Assembly (NCBI GenBank): GCA_965178125.1
Contig: OZ237764.1
Span: 558,001 to 622,000 of the forward strand
DNA: 64,000 bases
DNA from: Bilabrum cf. latius
Taxonomy: Eukaryota
Direction: 5' to 3'
Shown: positions 1 to 13,199 of the stretch, in pieces
How the letters are laid out: each line of letters starts with the position of its first letter
Position numbering within the stretch: position 1 is the stretch's first letter
Program-made: the position numbers and the translations under genes
Notes under the pieces: model-generated
What the model was told of the DNA's origin: nothing
The model's input: the letters and a program-made list of their open reading frames with translations, nothing else
The model's database searches: none

Positions 1-3000
1 CGAGAGGATCCGTCCGAGTGGCGAGCGGCAGCCGTTCCAAGCTAGGCGAGCTCTAGGGGCAGGCTCCCCCCTAGAGCCCGGCCCCGAAATCCCCGGGCAA
101 AACCAGAAGACAAGGAAGAGGCGGCGGATTCGTTCGAAGTAGACCGGTCCGGCGCGATGGATCCAGAGGCGGTGGCGGAGACGTCTGGTCTGGACCGCTT
201 CTGGCCCAGCCCATTGGCACCCTTGGCTGCATTCACTTCCTTCTGGATGTAGTCGATCGACAGGAAGGTGCTTTCCAGTGACCTGGACACACTTGGTGTC
301 GGCTTGGAGCTTGCGCCTGCTCTAGATCTAGATCCAGAGGTAGGCTTTGCATCTTTGCGGCTGGTCTTGGAAGACCGAGCCTTGACAGGCTCTCTCGTGG
401 ACTTGACACTCGGGCCGACCTCTGCTTTGCTGCTAGCGAAACCGGCAGACTTGAGGCTGTCATCGGTAGACGACACATGAACACCGCCTGCTGCTGTCCC
501 GTGACCGGCGACAGCCAGGCTGGCAGTTGCTGAGGAGGCGGCCGCTAGCTCGTCGTCAGCGCCGCGCCTGCTTCCCGACGTGCTACCACTATCCGATGTG
601 ACGCACGTGTTTGCGCCATCGCCGAGACGGGCAATGCCTGTCGCTGCCGACAAGGCCGGTACCACTGCAGTCTAGGTTGCTGGAGCGCTCTTCTTTCGGT
701 CGGAAGGTGCGCGCGAAACAGAGTGGCCTGCTTGTGTATCGTTCCTCCCCGTCTTTTTTTGCTTCCCACTCGTTTTCTGCCCTCCAATCAGCGGTGCAAA
801 TGGAATCTCCGCCGCCTGGCGGTCTGGCTGCAACGGCTGGAACTCGGGGGTGGTGGCGGCGATGGCCGCAGCTGCCACCGCGACGGCTTCATTGGCCTTC
901 TTGGCCGAATCGCTCGCGCTAGAACCGCTGGCAGAGGAACCATCGCTTCGTTCGCGCATGGCCCTCTGCAGGATCAAAGAGGCAGACAGCGGACCGCTGG
1001 CATTCGAGCTCGAGGCGGATGCACGAGCCGACCCCCCGCTGTCCCGCTTTCGACTGCTTGCAGCCATTCCACTAGACCTAGCACCCGCACCTACTCTGCT
1101 TCGTGTTGGACTGCCTCTGAGCTCAGAGTGCTTCGAAGGTCTGGCTCTAGGAGTGGCGGAGGCTGGCGTAGCGCGGGCTGTTCCCGGGGAGGACGGTGGC
1201 ACCGGTCGTGACGCAGCCGAGGCGGGGGTACGAGGCCCAGCGACGACCGGCACCGCCCTTGCTCTGGTCATGAGTCCTAGCTACAACTGAGCCTCAAGCC
1301 GTGTCAGCTTGCACTGCCTTGCAGCGTTCAGTGCCATCTGGGAGTGGAGCCCGATCTCGAGTGCGCTTGGCCTGTGCCCGGCTGTGAGGACGATCAGCTC
1401 CTTGAAGTGGAAGATGTAGCTCGATTCGAAGCTGACCGAGTCATTCACGGGACAAGGCTATACGGACTCAGTAGCGGTGGGCAAATCTGCCGAACTTGGC
1501 CGTTCGGCTGCGCTGGAACTCGCCATCGAACCAGCACAAGACGCTCGTCGGTCCCCTTTCCGAGTCCCATTTCTGGCCTTCTGTCTGACCGGACTGCCAG
1601 GAGAACTAGTGTCATCCTCCATGGGCGCCTATCCAGTGCTTTTCCCCAACGTCACTTGACCCTGATTGGTCCGAGTGTACGGGCGGGAAGGGCTTGCTTG
1701 ACTATTTGCGGACTGATCAGATGAGCCTGACTCGTTGGCATGAGCCTGCATCCGCCAGTGCCGGTGCCTAAACAGACCCAAAATCCACCTAATTCCCACC
1801 TCTGACACACCCTACTACCGCAGCCCTCGGGGCTCAAGGAACACGCGACACGGTGCCTCTGGGAGAGACGCTTCAATCCACAGCGCGGTGCCAAACCGAC
1901 CCTTGCTGCCCTCCAGCAGGAACTCGCGCAAGCGATCCCGGGCGGTAGCTGATACCCCAGGCAACGGCTGGATCGCATCGGCTTGACCTGCAGCACGAGA
2001 GGTACCACGGCTTGGAGCTGCATCTGTGTCTTGGCTTGAAGCGGGCGGTCGTCTGTTCTTCTTCTTGCCACCAGCGGGGCGTCGTCGCTTCCGTCCCTGC
2101 ATCGCGACACCCTTAGCTTCGCTTCGTGTAACAGATGCCGAGGCATTGGAGCTTGTGATCCTGGCCGGGCTGTGGCTGGTGCTCGGGATGTGTGCGTTGC
2201 TCGTTTTGTTGGCTGCACTACCCGAGGAGCTGGACACGGCTGCACTGTTGGCTGCACTACCCGAGGAGCTGGACACGGCTGCACTGTTGGCTGCACTACC
2301 CGAGGAGCTGGACACGGCTGCACGCCGGTGGTGTGCCTTGAGTCTCGCCACAACGACACCCGAGCCCATGCTTGAGTCTGACATCGGGTGGGCATCCGTG
2401 TCGGCCACAGAGTCGCTTTCCGCCGTATCGCGCTCTGCAGCTGGCTGCATGGTAGCTGAAAGCTGCTTGGAGGCCCGCTGTTTAGAACCTCTCACGATAG
2501 ATGCCCGGCGACTCGACGACTAGGCCACCTTGCCTTTCCCATCGTTCGCAGTGTCCTCCCAGTCCGAGTCCGACCAATCGTCCGAGTCGTGCAAAAAACC
2601 GATCCGCCTGACCGATTGAGCAACCTACGAGCTGCTGTGCTTCCACGAATTCGCTGACTCTCGTTTCCCAGTGGCACTTGATTTTCTTCTTGCCTTGGCT
2701 TTGCTGTTCTATGGCGCAGGATTGGCGTCCTTCTTGGCCTAGGGACCTTTCGCAGAGTGCAATGGCTTCTCCTTGGCCTACGAGCGTTTCGCAGGCTGCA
2801 GGGGTTTCTGGCTTGCTATCTTGGATAGTACTTTGGCACTCGGCTTGCCACTGGCTGGTGCAGCAGTGCTTTGCACAGTGAGTGATCGCACGGCACGTCT
2901 CTCTGCCCGGCGCCGCCTCCGTTCAGATGACGTCATAGGAGCAGAGCCACCGCCACCGGCATCTTCCCATCGGGCCTCGTCCAGCTACTTGCTAGCAGTC

Positions 3001-4319
3001 GCGGCCGGCACGATGTTAACTATGCCATCCTGCGTGGCACTTGCATTATCCTGTCCGCCTGCGCTAGGGACCCTGCATAGCTGCACGCTTGGCACGCTCA
3101 TCGTGCTTGCACCGCTGCTCGGGGGACTGGAGAGAGGCAAGCCGGCAGCGTTGAAGGAGGCCACAGAGCTGGCACGCGTCGCTCCACTGCTGCGAGCGCC
3201 AACGCTGGGCCGTTTAGCGGCTGCAGAAGCAGCACCAGTACCAGAGGCGGAGGTCGCCGATCCTCTGTGCAACAACGACTTGGGGTTGGTGCGGTTCCGC
3301 TCGTTCAGCTGCCTTGCCTGCTGGCCCATCGTAACTAAATGGCGGATTCTGGCAAAGGTAAGCTGGTCCACTGCGCTACCGCGCGCATCAGAGCTTGATG
3401 GCAACGATGACGAAGATGATGATGGCGATGATGACAGGGCAGGGACGGGGACTTCGGCTGCCGTGGAAGCGATCATGATTTGCACCGCCTGCCTAGGGGA
3501 AATGCGGGCCGATGCCATGACAGCAGCCTGTCGAGGACGCCACCGTCTAGCTCCCTGGGGCTATGACGGCGCGGATGCCTTGGATGCTCGGGGTTGAACG
3601 GGCACCGTCTGCTGGGGGACCGTCTCGGCGGGCCCAGCATCTGGTGGCGGGTCAGTTGAACTCGCGTTGAGAAGCTCAACGCGACGCACCACTTCTGTAT
3701 GACCCTCTACCGTTAGCAGGTGCGATAAATTCGCGCATACGAAAAGCTGGATGTCATTAGCGGCTCCCTGGGCCGCAGGCGATTGTCCTGGCTTCGGCGG
3801 TGAACTCCTCTCTTCCTGCTGCATGAACTCGCGGAGCAGCTCTTGCCAACGGATCTTGCATTCGGAGGATAATCCCTATTCTTGAAGATCCTACCAGTCC
3901 GTGTAGATCGCAAACGATTGCGAGAGGGACCCTCTGCCGCTGAGTCCATTAGGAAACGTGCCTTCCCGAGCGTGAAGCAGGATGGAAGCAAATGCGTCGA
4001 TTCCAGCGAGGCCGTGAGTGATATTGTCGGGACTACCTTCCCTCGGAATTCCATCAGACTCTTTCGGAGGTACCTGCGAAAAGGGAGCCACAGGAGATAT
4101 CACGGTGCACTCGTGGACCGATCCAATCCACTGGAGCCACCAACTGAAAATTAAGCTTACTTTGGCGGCAGCAGACGCGCCTTTATGCGTCGGTAGAGCT
4201 GAGAGACGCACTGGCTGCTTTTTTTCCTGTGAAGATGTACCCAATTTGCAACTTGAGTGCGCATGTGATGGAATCAGCTATTGCTCGCTTTGAAGACACC
4301 CAATGTGAAGTAATACCAT
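1..4319 (-). CDS. Large Ser/Ala/Arg-rich low-complexity hypothetical protein (>1,400 codons, 3' end outside window); requires TAG=sense
   Basis: ORF fragments 3891-4244, 3561-3824, 2985-3518, 1815-2495, 672-1271 and 42-665 share one frame. I found no in-frame TAA/TGA in the gaps. The first ATG after an upstream TGA (4362) is at 4319. Possible in-frame 87-nt intron 4074-4160 (GTAAGC...TTTTCGCAG). No recognisable domain. Confidence 0.7.
2208..2323 (-). repeat. Coding tandem repeat, 39-bp unit x3 (AAVSSSSGSAANS)
   Basis: Three direct copies of ttggctgcactacccgaggagctggacacggctgcac. Confidence 0.9.
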
Positions 4320-4559
4320 CGTTCTCTCACGCGAACCATGTCTTTTTTTCTTCTATTTTAATCACTTCATGCACTTTTTAAATCCTGGGACGCACTAATT
4401 TCGTGTCAGGTTGACTTGAAACACATTTTGCTCGCCGTTGTACAGCACTCATCACACACCGTGCCACAGCGACGGACTTCAAGTTTAGACACAAGTGTTT
4501 GCGCGCCTGCGCGCAGCATAGGCCTGCAGTGCATGACCATCGAATAATCATAATTGCGC

Positions 4560-6794
4560 TCACATCTCCTTGAGCGCGCTGAACTTGGGCCCGTCGGTGT
4601 CGCTCAAGATGCGCGTGGCACCCCACGCCCCGTACCTGCTCCAGTAGCCAGCCAGCGAGAACTGGTGAAGGATGTCAAATACCTCCCCGTAGGTCTTGTA
4701 CCAGTCCAGCATGACCTGGTGCATGCCCTCGTTTGCGTGTGCCAGCAGCACGTTGCTGAGGTCAGTCTTGGTGCCGACCTTCATGCCGGGTCCTGCCTCG
4801 TACGACGTCATCTTGAGACCGAAGGCCTTGCCCACTGCAGCGATGTCCCTCTGGTCCTGGGTCACGTTGTTGGCCGTGAGGCTGTACCCCTTCACGATGT
4901 CATCCACGGATGCCTTGCTGGGCAGGGTCTTGGGGCCAGCAGCGGTCTGGTTGTAGTTGAAGTAGGCAGTGGCAGCGACGCCCCACAGGTACTTTGACGC
5001 AGCCCCCTTGCCGTATGCCGTCTCAAACCAGGTGAGCGTGTCGTTGTAGTGCTGCGGGAAGATGCTCCACTCGGCGTAGATGCCCCTGATCCGGTTGTTG
5101 ATCTCGTTCTCGCCGAAAACCACAGCAAATTCACGCACCGTTTCGTACAGCCTCTGCAGGTGCCTGCGCATGGCTAGCACGTTCTGGTCAGAGCACGGCA
5201 GGGTGCTGTTGGGGTCATTTCTCGAGGGGCAGGGCACGCTGCACATGGGGTCCTTGTTGTCAGTCTGCTTGCACACGTCGAGGGCGTTGAGCTTGTTGTA
5301 CGTGTACTGGGAGAAACCGAAGTTCCAGACCTCGTTGGAGTGCTCAATGTACACGGCCGAGTCCTTGGGCAGCTGGTCATAGAGGAGCTTGGCAGCCTGA
5401 GAGACGTAGGAGCTGCTGTTGCCGCTCCAGCAGCTGCTACCTTGGGGCACCGGCATGCAGGCAGAAGAGGCGCCGACTGGCAGGTTAACCCACACGTCCT
5501 GCCCAAAGGTGCTGGCGTACTTGGCGATCGCGTCCCAGGAGATGCCCCCACCCTGGGGGTTTCCCCTGGGGCTGAAGCTGCGGCTCGAGTCATCGGGGGT
5601 CGTGCGCTGGTACCACTCGATGATGTGGTGACCCGGGTCACCTGCGGGAGTGTAGGTCGCAAGAGTGACGAGTGTAATAGGGTGTGGTGCTGCGAGACAT
5701 TCGATCCATCTGTATTCAGGCCCCATCACTCCATTCAGGCCCCATCACTCTCACCATAGAATCCAGTCTTGTAGTTGGTGTGCAGTGCGCCCATGAACCG
5801 GGCGTGCTTGCATGCCTTGATGCTCTTGATGGCCGCGATGAGGTTGTTAGAGAAGAACTGCCCCGTGCGGATGTCAGCGTCAGCAAACGTGTGGTTCGGG
5901 ACGATGAGGCTGATGTTGCTGATGCCCGAGCCCAGGGGCGCGGTGAGGTTGCGCCTCGTGTCGGTGAAGTTGAGCAGCATCAAGTTCAGCTCGGGGCGCC
6001 ATTTCTCCGAGGGCATGGTGAGGTTGAGGTAGGACCAGTTCGTGTCCTCCTCGTAGGAGAGCTCGCTGAACTGCCAGGCGCAGCCCGCGTTCGGGTCCAC
6101 GATGCAGCTTACGTTGGCGAGTCCCTGGAAGCGCATCTGCCACACGCCAGGGGTCCACTCCCCGATGTGCTGGGGGTCATCCTGCGTGCATGAAACACCC
6201 AAGAAGAAAGAAAACAGCAGGCTGACCCAGGATGTTGTAGCTTGAAAGAAAGGTTGCTGATGGGTGCTCGAATGGGAACAAGCATATCACATGGATGGTT
6301 CTTGAACAAAGAATGTCAATTTCCGTCGCACCGACGATCATGAACTCACCTCAGGAGGTGCCCAGGCAAACGAGGGGCGCATGTCGAATACATCCTGCGA
6401 GTGGTCGCCAGACAAACGAGGTACCACCTTGAAACATTAGGCAGACTTTCCGATATACCACTAGCACAATTCAATTTGATATGATGCGTATCCCTCACTT
6501 GGAAAAAATCTGACATGGGCCAGCCATGCTCGTCCATTGGTGCTACCGCAGACTTGTTCAGAGTTTTCGGCTCGCCCACAGATTTCCACTGGTCTACGAA
6601 TGCCATGTCTCCACCAAACTCCACACCAAGAACTGCAGATCCAAGTGTGTGCTGCGTACACGGACGGAATCAACAGACGTGATGCTGAGCGAGCTGAACC
6701 TTGATGACGCGTAGCACCCAAGCGTACCCGTACCTATCTTTACAGATCTCACGCTTGCACCGGCAAGAAGTACACACGTTAAAAGAGAGCGCAT
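4560..6794 (-). CDS. Secreted protein resembling the bacterial 'cellulose-binding protein' family, putative clan GH-A-like glycoside hydrolase; about 5 exons
   Basis: Signal-like N-terminus MRSLLTCVLLAGAS (ATG 6794). Predicted GT-AG introns: ~6633-6733, from 6498 (acceptor ambiguous), ~6182-6349 and 5642-5754. Motifs AFVDQWK, MDEHGWP, DVWVNLP, VYIEHSNEVWN, SYEAG and SRYGAWG. Ends TGA at 4560. Family call is from remembered motifs, not a search. Confidence 0.7.
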
Positions 6795-6897
6795 ACTATT
6801 GAGCGGTCCTACGCTTGGATTGAAAGTAGAACGTGCTGCAAAGATCGAAGATCGCAGTTCGAACGGCAACTGGAGGCTCCGTCAAGGAGACTTTCGG

Positions 6898-6953
6898 CTT
6901 GACGAACCTTGACGAACTGATACGAACCTTCTGAAAAGGTTCCAGAAGGTTCA
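6898..6953. promoter_or_regulatory. Palindromic motif cluster in a divergent promoter, including a heat-shock-element-like nTTCn-nGAAn-nTTCn array
   Basis: AT-rich intergenic region between ATG 6794 (-) and ATG 7157 (+). gTTCc-aGAAg-gTTCa at 6939-6953. Perfect 10-bp inverted repeat gaaccttctg/cagaaggttc (6924-6952). cttgacgaac occurs twice. Confidence 0.35.
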
Positions 6954-7156
6954 TTTTTTATAGACTACTCTTTCGTTTATATTGTGAAGTCTTAAGTAAG
7001 TCTTGAAGACTACTTGAGCTTAACATGACTTACGCAAGTATTCTCTTCTCAGAATTTGTCACGTGCACTTACTAATTAAATCGAGATATATATTTGCGTT
7101 TATCTCTGTTGAACGAAGCACAAGGCCAAGCCAGTCCCTAGTGCAGCGTCTTTACA

Positions 7157-10100
7157 ATGTCTAAGCCAACTTGGGGAGATGCCGAGTTTGGACCACAAAT
7201 GGCAGGAATGAATATTGCATGGCTTGTTGAAGAGGACATGCAGTGGAGGAACGGCATGGTCGAAGTTTATGCAGCTGACAAAGGTGACAGGGATCCAAGA
7301 GCTGCCCTCAAGCTCCGTAGTGGAAGGGTCGCACAAGAGTGGGACACCCTCGAAACCGCTTCAGAAATATTTGCTATGTATTCAAATCGGTTCAGGCAGT
7401 CGGTGTGGGTAGATGCCGTTTCAGATGTTTGGGCTGCCAGGCTGTCGTCCGAGGTGAAGGTCCTGTCGGCGACATCGTCTGCCGGGACACAAAACTACGT
7501 TGTTCTGGCCGGGCCGCCCGAATTCCAGCCTGTTCTCAGGCCAGGTGATCGACTTCTATTCGGTGAGACAACGCAAGATCCGCCCGAGCAGTCCCGGCGG
7601 TGCGACCACGGACAGGCATTTTTTCAGCGATCGCTTCAGCCATAGCAAGCAACGCCACCACAGCCGCGTCTTGCATCGCGAGAACGACAACGATTCCAAA
7701 GTTATGATTCGTGGTATACTTTGCATCGCAGGAAGTGAACCAGAATCGCTGAACAGGCAGGTTCTCGACGAGCGACGCAAGCAAGAGCAGGCCGCCGCAC
7801 GAGAGCAGAGCAGGCTTGGCAAGAGAAAGCGAAGCGAATCCCTCCCGAATAGTAAAGAACCGAATAAGTTTCGGTCAGAGCGGGATAAATCGAGTCCGGG
7901 GCGTGCATCAGGTGTCGGGGCAATGTCCTCTGTGCTAGCCTCCGAATCAGCCCATGCTGCAGGCAGTCACGATGGGAAAGGGAAAGGCCGCGAGACCGAA
8001 GGAACGAATAATCTCGATGAAATTAGTTCAAATACAGCCGCTGACAAATCCGGGCGGAGCGATCCGGCGGTGCGATCCAAAGCACTCGCCCTCCTCTCGG
8101 GCTCCCCGGCGGTGCGATCCAAAGCACTCGCCCTCCTCTCGGGCTCCCCGGCGGTGCGATCCAAAGCACTCGCCCTCCTCTCGGGCTCCTCGGACGGCCA
8201 CAGCCCGAGCAAGGCACCGGCAGTGCCGACCCGCAAGGAGGTTACTCAGGCTCAGGCGGTCCCGGGGAAACAGGAAGTACAATCTATGCAGATGACCCGC
8301 GCTCTGGCTGGCCAGGAAGCGCGGCCTGCATCGAAGGGCGTGCAATCGCTGCAAGTGGTGCCTCAGTCCGGTCCCGCGCCCTCCTCGTCCTCGTCCTCGT
8401 CCTCGTCCTCCAAGCTTCATACCGTGATCGAGCTGTCTTCTGACTCCGAATCGGGCACTAATTCCGATTCGGAGTCTGAGTCTGATTCGGACGTCGAGAT
8501 TGCCTCCGTACAGCAGACTACCAAGGGTGCGGGCTCGGGATCAGCAGCCGTAGCAGCCTCGTCACTTGCTGCTGCATCGCCAGTCGCGTTAAGGCCTTCG
8601 ATCATGCCGAAAGCATCAGTTGCAATGGACGGAGACGGTCCTAGCATAGGCCCTGTGCACGCCGCAGACATGGCTGCTGGTGGTGGCGCTGGTACTGGTG
8701 CTGGTGCTCTAAATGATGCAGTATATGGACATCATGATGATGGTGAAGATGTCGATGTTGATGCCACCAGTGGCGGTGCATCGAAGGCAAGCAGTCCAGC
8801 CCCCACCAGTGGCGGTGCATCGAAGGCAAGCAGTCCAGCCCCCACCAGTGGCGGTGCATCGAAGGCAAGCAGTCCAGTCCCCACCAGTGGCGGTGCATCG
8901 AAGGCAAGCAGTCCAGCCCCCACCCGTGGCGGTGCACCGACGGGTTCAGTGGACGGCGGCGGCAAGGCGGGTAGTGCTAGCAAGAAACCGCTAGATGGAC
9001 ACATGGCAGCAGCCAAGTTGGTCTCAGTCGGGCACGTCCCAGCCGGTGCCATTCGGTCCGTCCCATCTGCCGCGCAGGTGCCGACATCAGTACGTCCATC
9101 GCCACTCTAGCCTTCGGCATCTGCTGCGGCGCTGTCTCCGGCCACAGCGAGAAAACCTGCAGACAAGGAGTTAATTGCAGCAGGCCAGGCCGTCTCGCCG
9201 GATGGCAGGAGCACGAAAGCAGGGTCGGGCGGCTCGAATGCGCGCAACCATGGCATCGCTGCACACCGTGCTCAATCGGGCGCACGCGGAAAGATGTCAC
9301 GAGGCAGCGCCGAGGACGTTCCCGTAATGGATAGCGATGATGATGAGTACATCGACCCTCGGTGCGGCCCACAGCCCGTAGTTCAGTGCACGATCGAGCG
9401 CTTGTATCGCATGTACATCCCGCACAAACTTGGGAAAACCAAGTCTCCCTCCCGATCGAAAGAGCTGGCAGGTGTGGCAGGAGCGCGCTGGGCGTAGGAT
9501 GAAGACGACGAAGACTACACGATTGGCTCGAAAGCACAGGGGGTATCTTCCCCAAGCAGTAGCGGGGGCATGCGCAAGGGCAGCAATAGCGGCAGACCCG
9601 CCCCCGCACCGGCGTCGAGTAGAGCCGCTCAGGCAGAGACGCCTCGCAGGCAGTCCCCGGGGAGGTCCAAACACAAGGCCTGGAAGAAGCAGGAAGGTAC
9701 GTGGCTGCAAGTCCTCAAGTTGGACGAGGCGCCCGCGGACTCAGTTTGGAGCTCCTCGAATCCAGCGGTGTACTGGCAAAAGGAGCATCAGCTGCCGTGT
9801 CCTTGGATCCCCGTTGCACCTCCTGGGTCCGGAGATGCCGACGACCAGCTTCGGATGCGGATCGCCATGAAGCAGTCCAGTGACGAGTCTGCACTGAGGA
9901 AAGACAAGACTGGTGAAGTGAAGAGGGGCTTTGAAGCGCAGGCAGATGCTCGGAGAAGACGAAGGCGGTCTCTCAGGCTGTTTTTTGAGCGCGGTGTGCC
10001 CAACGTGGCGCCAATGATGACTGTAGTTGGGCCGAACTCAGGCAAGGCCGGTGATGGCAGACATGGCGATGATCGCCCGCCGCCATTCTGTCGCGACGTC

Positions 10101-13100
10101 GCGATGCCAAGCGTCAGGCTAAGGCCTCTTCTAAAACGAGCTCTCGTGCAGCTACCCGGATGGGACCTGGGCAAGGCGACTGCCAGCCTCTCGTCAAAAT
10201 CATACCCGATGTTTGCCGGGTCGCCCGCACGAGCCAAAGGCAAACAAGCCCGTGCAGATGCCGGTACAGGTGCAGGTGCCAGAGCCGGAGCCGGCGCGGG
10301 TGCTGTAGCCAAGTCCAGTACGGCAAGGAGCAGTGGTGACACCAAAACTATCGGCGCAGAAAAAGCAGGCAGTGGCCTTCCGAGTAGTAGCATGAAACCG
10401 GCTTAGCTAGTCAAGGCAGTAGCCGCTGCGAGTAGATCGGAAGACCGGTCTCTAAGCAGTACCGGGAGCGAAGGGAATGGAAATCAAGATGCTCTGCCTG
10501 CTGGTTCTGCTCTGCGCCCGTCTTCTATCTCCTCTTCATTGCCATCATTGACGTCGTCGTCATCGTCGTCATCATCTTCGAAAGTGTCTCGGCCAGCACA
10601 GCCCAGCGGCCAGGTTCCGATGCAGTAGGACGAACCCGAAGACAAGTCGCCAGCACCAAGAATGGGCTAGGCACCTGCACCAAGAGCAGCTAGTGTACCT
10701 GCGGCAAACGCAGTCAAAGTGCAAGCGCCCAGCGCAGGCGTCACTGGCCCTAAAACAAGCCCTCGGGTGTCTCAACCGGTGGAGGGCCTGGGCCAGGCAC
10801 GACCCTACGGCCAGCTTGAACTCAAAGCCAGTCAGGGTCCGGCGGGCCGGCCGGGCTCAGCCAAGACTGGCTCAGAGACAGATAAAGAGGTCTTGCCTGA
10901 TTCAGCCAAAATTGGCCCTGACGCCATGGTCCCCCAACGGCATGCATCGGCTGCCCATCCACAGCCAGGACTGCTTCGCATCAATGGAGCTGGTGAGCGT
11001 CCCGACAGTGTAATTGCCCGATAGTCGTCCCTGCTAGAGTACGCAGGCGAGCTGGACGTGTCCCCACCAGTCAAAAAGAAGCCGAGGATAGTTCCATCGA
11101 GCAAGTGCAGCGATTCATCGCGGGTGCCTGAGACTACTGCAGATGCACGCAGTCTACAGGAAACCGCGAAGGTGCGTAGTGCGGAACCAGGACAGCCCGG
11201 TGTGCCGCGACACGGGTCTAGCAGCGGCGGTGTAGTCGCTCAGATGTCCACATCTCAAGAAGCGCCGGCTGCAATCGGGAGCAAGAGGCCGAGATCCAGC
11301 GAGGCCAAACATGCTCCACCCAGCGAACGGGGCGCCGCGCCCCGCCCTAGCTCTGCAACGGCAGCTCAAGAGGCGCTGGGTCCCGAGAGCACATCATCTG
11401 CTCCTACATCCACCGCTGCAACTGGTGGTTTATCTACTGCCAGTGGCGCTCTAGCTCCTGCGGCTGCTGGTCGGGCTAGTGGCACCATACCTGCTGCCAC
11501 CAAGGCTTCACACCCGGGGCTCAGTGAGCCACCTGCCGCGCCCTCTGATTCTCCCATTGATCATCATGGGCGTGCAGGATTGCAGGCGGCGAGCACGTCT
11601 GCAGGCTTACGCATGGGATCAGCATCACTACTGCGCTTGGTTTGTCCACGTGTTGCCAGCACGACGACCACGGCCGGGGTCGCGTGTGACGCAGCCAAGG
11701 CAGGCACGACGCAACCCGAGGTACCTGCCAAGGTTCCTGTCCGCAAGTATGACGCAAGCAAATAGCACACATCATCTGGCGGTGAGAAGTCCTAGATCCC
11801 GTCCTCCTAGTTTGCAAATTATGGTGTAGGTAGTGCAGCGCAAGGCTCAAATTTTGGCAGCGGACTTGGTTTAGAGAGTGAGTAGCTGCGTGGAATGCGA
11901 AGCGAGAAGCAGTCTACCGAGAACAAAGAATCCAGCTCTGCAGCAGGCACTGGCGGTGGCATGTCCTCGAAAGTATCGCTAGTGCAGACTGGAGACCCGG
12001 GAGCGGAGGCAGGTAGTTCGGAGCAAATGATCGGGAGGCCGCCGGCAAGTCAGGCCGCCATGCTGCCTAAAGGCATAGGACATCTTGATCGTGCCGGTGC
12101 ATAGGCGAGCAGACTGGGCAGCGGCGCCGCAGCAGCTGCATCGTCCATTGCACCAGCCTCAGCTGCACGCGCCAATGGCACCGTATCTTCGGTGAGCTCG
12201 GGCACTGTGCCTGGAATTAAAGGGCCATCAGCAGCGGCGCCGACTGTGTCACTTGGTGCGCACACACGGGCGAGCCACACGTCCCCGACCAAGAAGCCAC
12301 CAAGGAAGTCGTCCTCCTCCTCGTCCGCCTCTTCAGCTGCCTCTCCTCCCACGGCAAAGGACAAGAAGCTGAGAACTGGCGCAAAGCACCCTACAGTGTT
12401 CCAGCAGCTCAAGCAGCATGCCAAGGTATTCTTGCTCGCGGCGAAAACGGCAGTCGCCCCACCGCTCGCCAGGCGCGACATGCCCAACCTGAGGGTGTGG
12501 TAGAAACCTAGCGGACCTGGAGGCGCTGCATCGGGTGCATTGCATGGCGGCACAATGCCCGGCATGATCACATCTGCCACGGCACCGAACGGAGAGCCGT
12601 TGCATGGTGCGGTGGCGCAGCTGTATCGTGTGGTTTGCATCAAGCAAGAAATTAAGGAGGCGCTAAACCGACTGAGATCACCCAAGGGTGCCAGCCAGGC
12701 AGCCGGTGTGACGAGTGGGCCCGAGCTGAGGGCAATCCACTCCGGGTGCGTGGAGCTGGGCCGGATCGACATGGGCACTCTGGAGGCCCACGGCGCCGGG
12801 CTGCTTCGTGCGGACAACCTCGGGCTGTGGCAGTGCTTCATGTCGCTGAGATCGCTTCTGAAGATGCGCAAGCTCGCGAAATAGCTGGCAGAAAGACATG
12901 ATGCCATGATTGCGTCGTGGTAGGGTGCATCGCATGGTGATGGATGCCCACCGCCGTCGATGTACGAGTGTTTTCTGCAGGCTTGTCAGACGCTGCAGGC
13001 GTGGGGGCAGCAGCTGGGGCTGGTTTCTGCAGAGGACGAGGATAAGTGGAGATCTACAGGAGGATAGCCCAGTAGTGCTGGCCATTAGCAGCGTGAAGCG

Positions 13101-13199
13101 AGCGGGGAAATGGGCATGCGCGGGGTTCCAGACGCGCCCGCTGGCAGCTCTGCGGGCTGGTCCAGCAGCGGACTAGCCGGCAGCGAGATGGAGTTTTGA
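7157..13199 (+). CDS. Large (~1,950 aa) mostly low-complexity hypothetical protein with a globular-looking N-terminus; requires TAG=sense
   Basis: Exon 1 from ATG 7157. Candidate intron 7563-7731 (GTGAGA...CATCGCAG) joins the frame of 7500-9110. Fragments starting 9294, 9570, 10719, 11058, 11895, 12192 and 12540 are in that frame, separated only by TAG. First TGA at 13197-13199. Confidence 0.75.
8064..8188 (+). repeat. Coding tandem repeat, 42-bp unit x3 (PAVRSKALALLSGS)
   Basis: Three direct copies of ccggcggtgcgatccaaagcactcgccctcctctcgggctcc. Confidence 0.9.
8765..8936 (+). repeat. Coding tandem repeat, 39-bp unit x4.4 (PTSGGASKASSPA)
   Basis: Near-identical copies of ccaccagtggcggtgcatcgaaggcaagcagtccagccc. 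Confidence 0.9.

Noticed and set aside
5713-5750. 19-bp tandem duplication that appears to frameshift the hydrolase-like gene
   Set aside because: It lies inside the predicted intron 5642-5754; splicing restores the frame (FYGDPGHH).
2208-8936. Similar periods (39-42 bp) of three unrelated coding tandem repeats
   Set aside because: Units are unrelated in sequence and not all the same length; too few cases to claim a shared mechanism.
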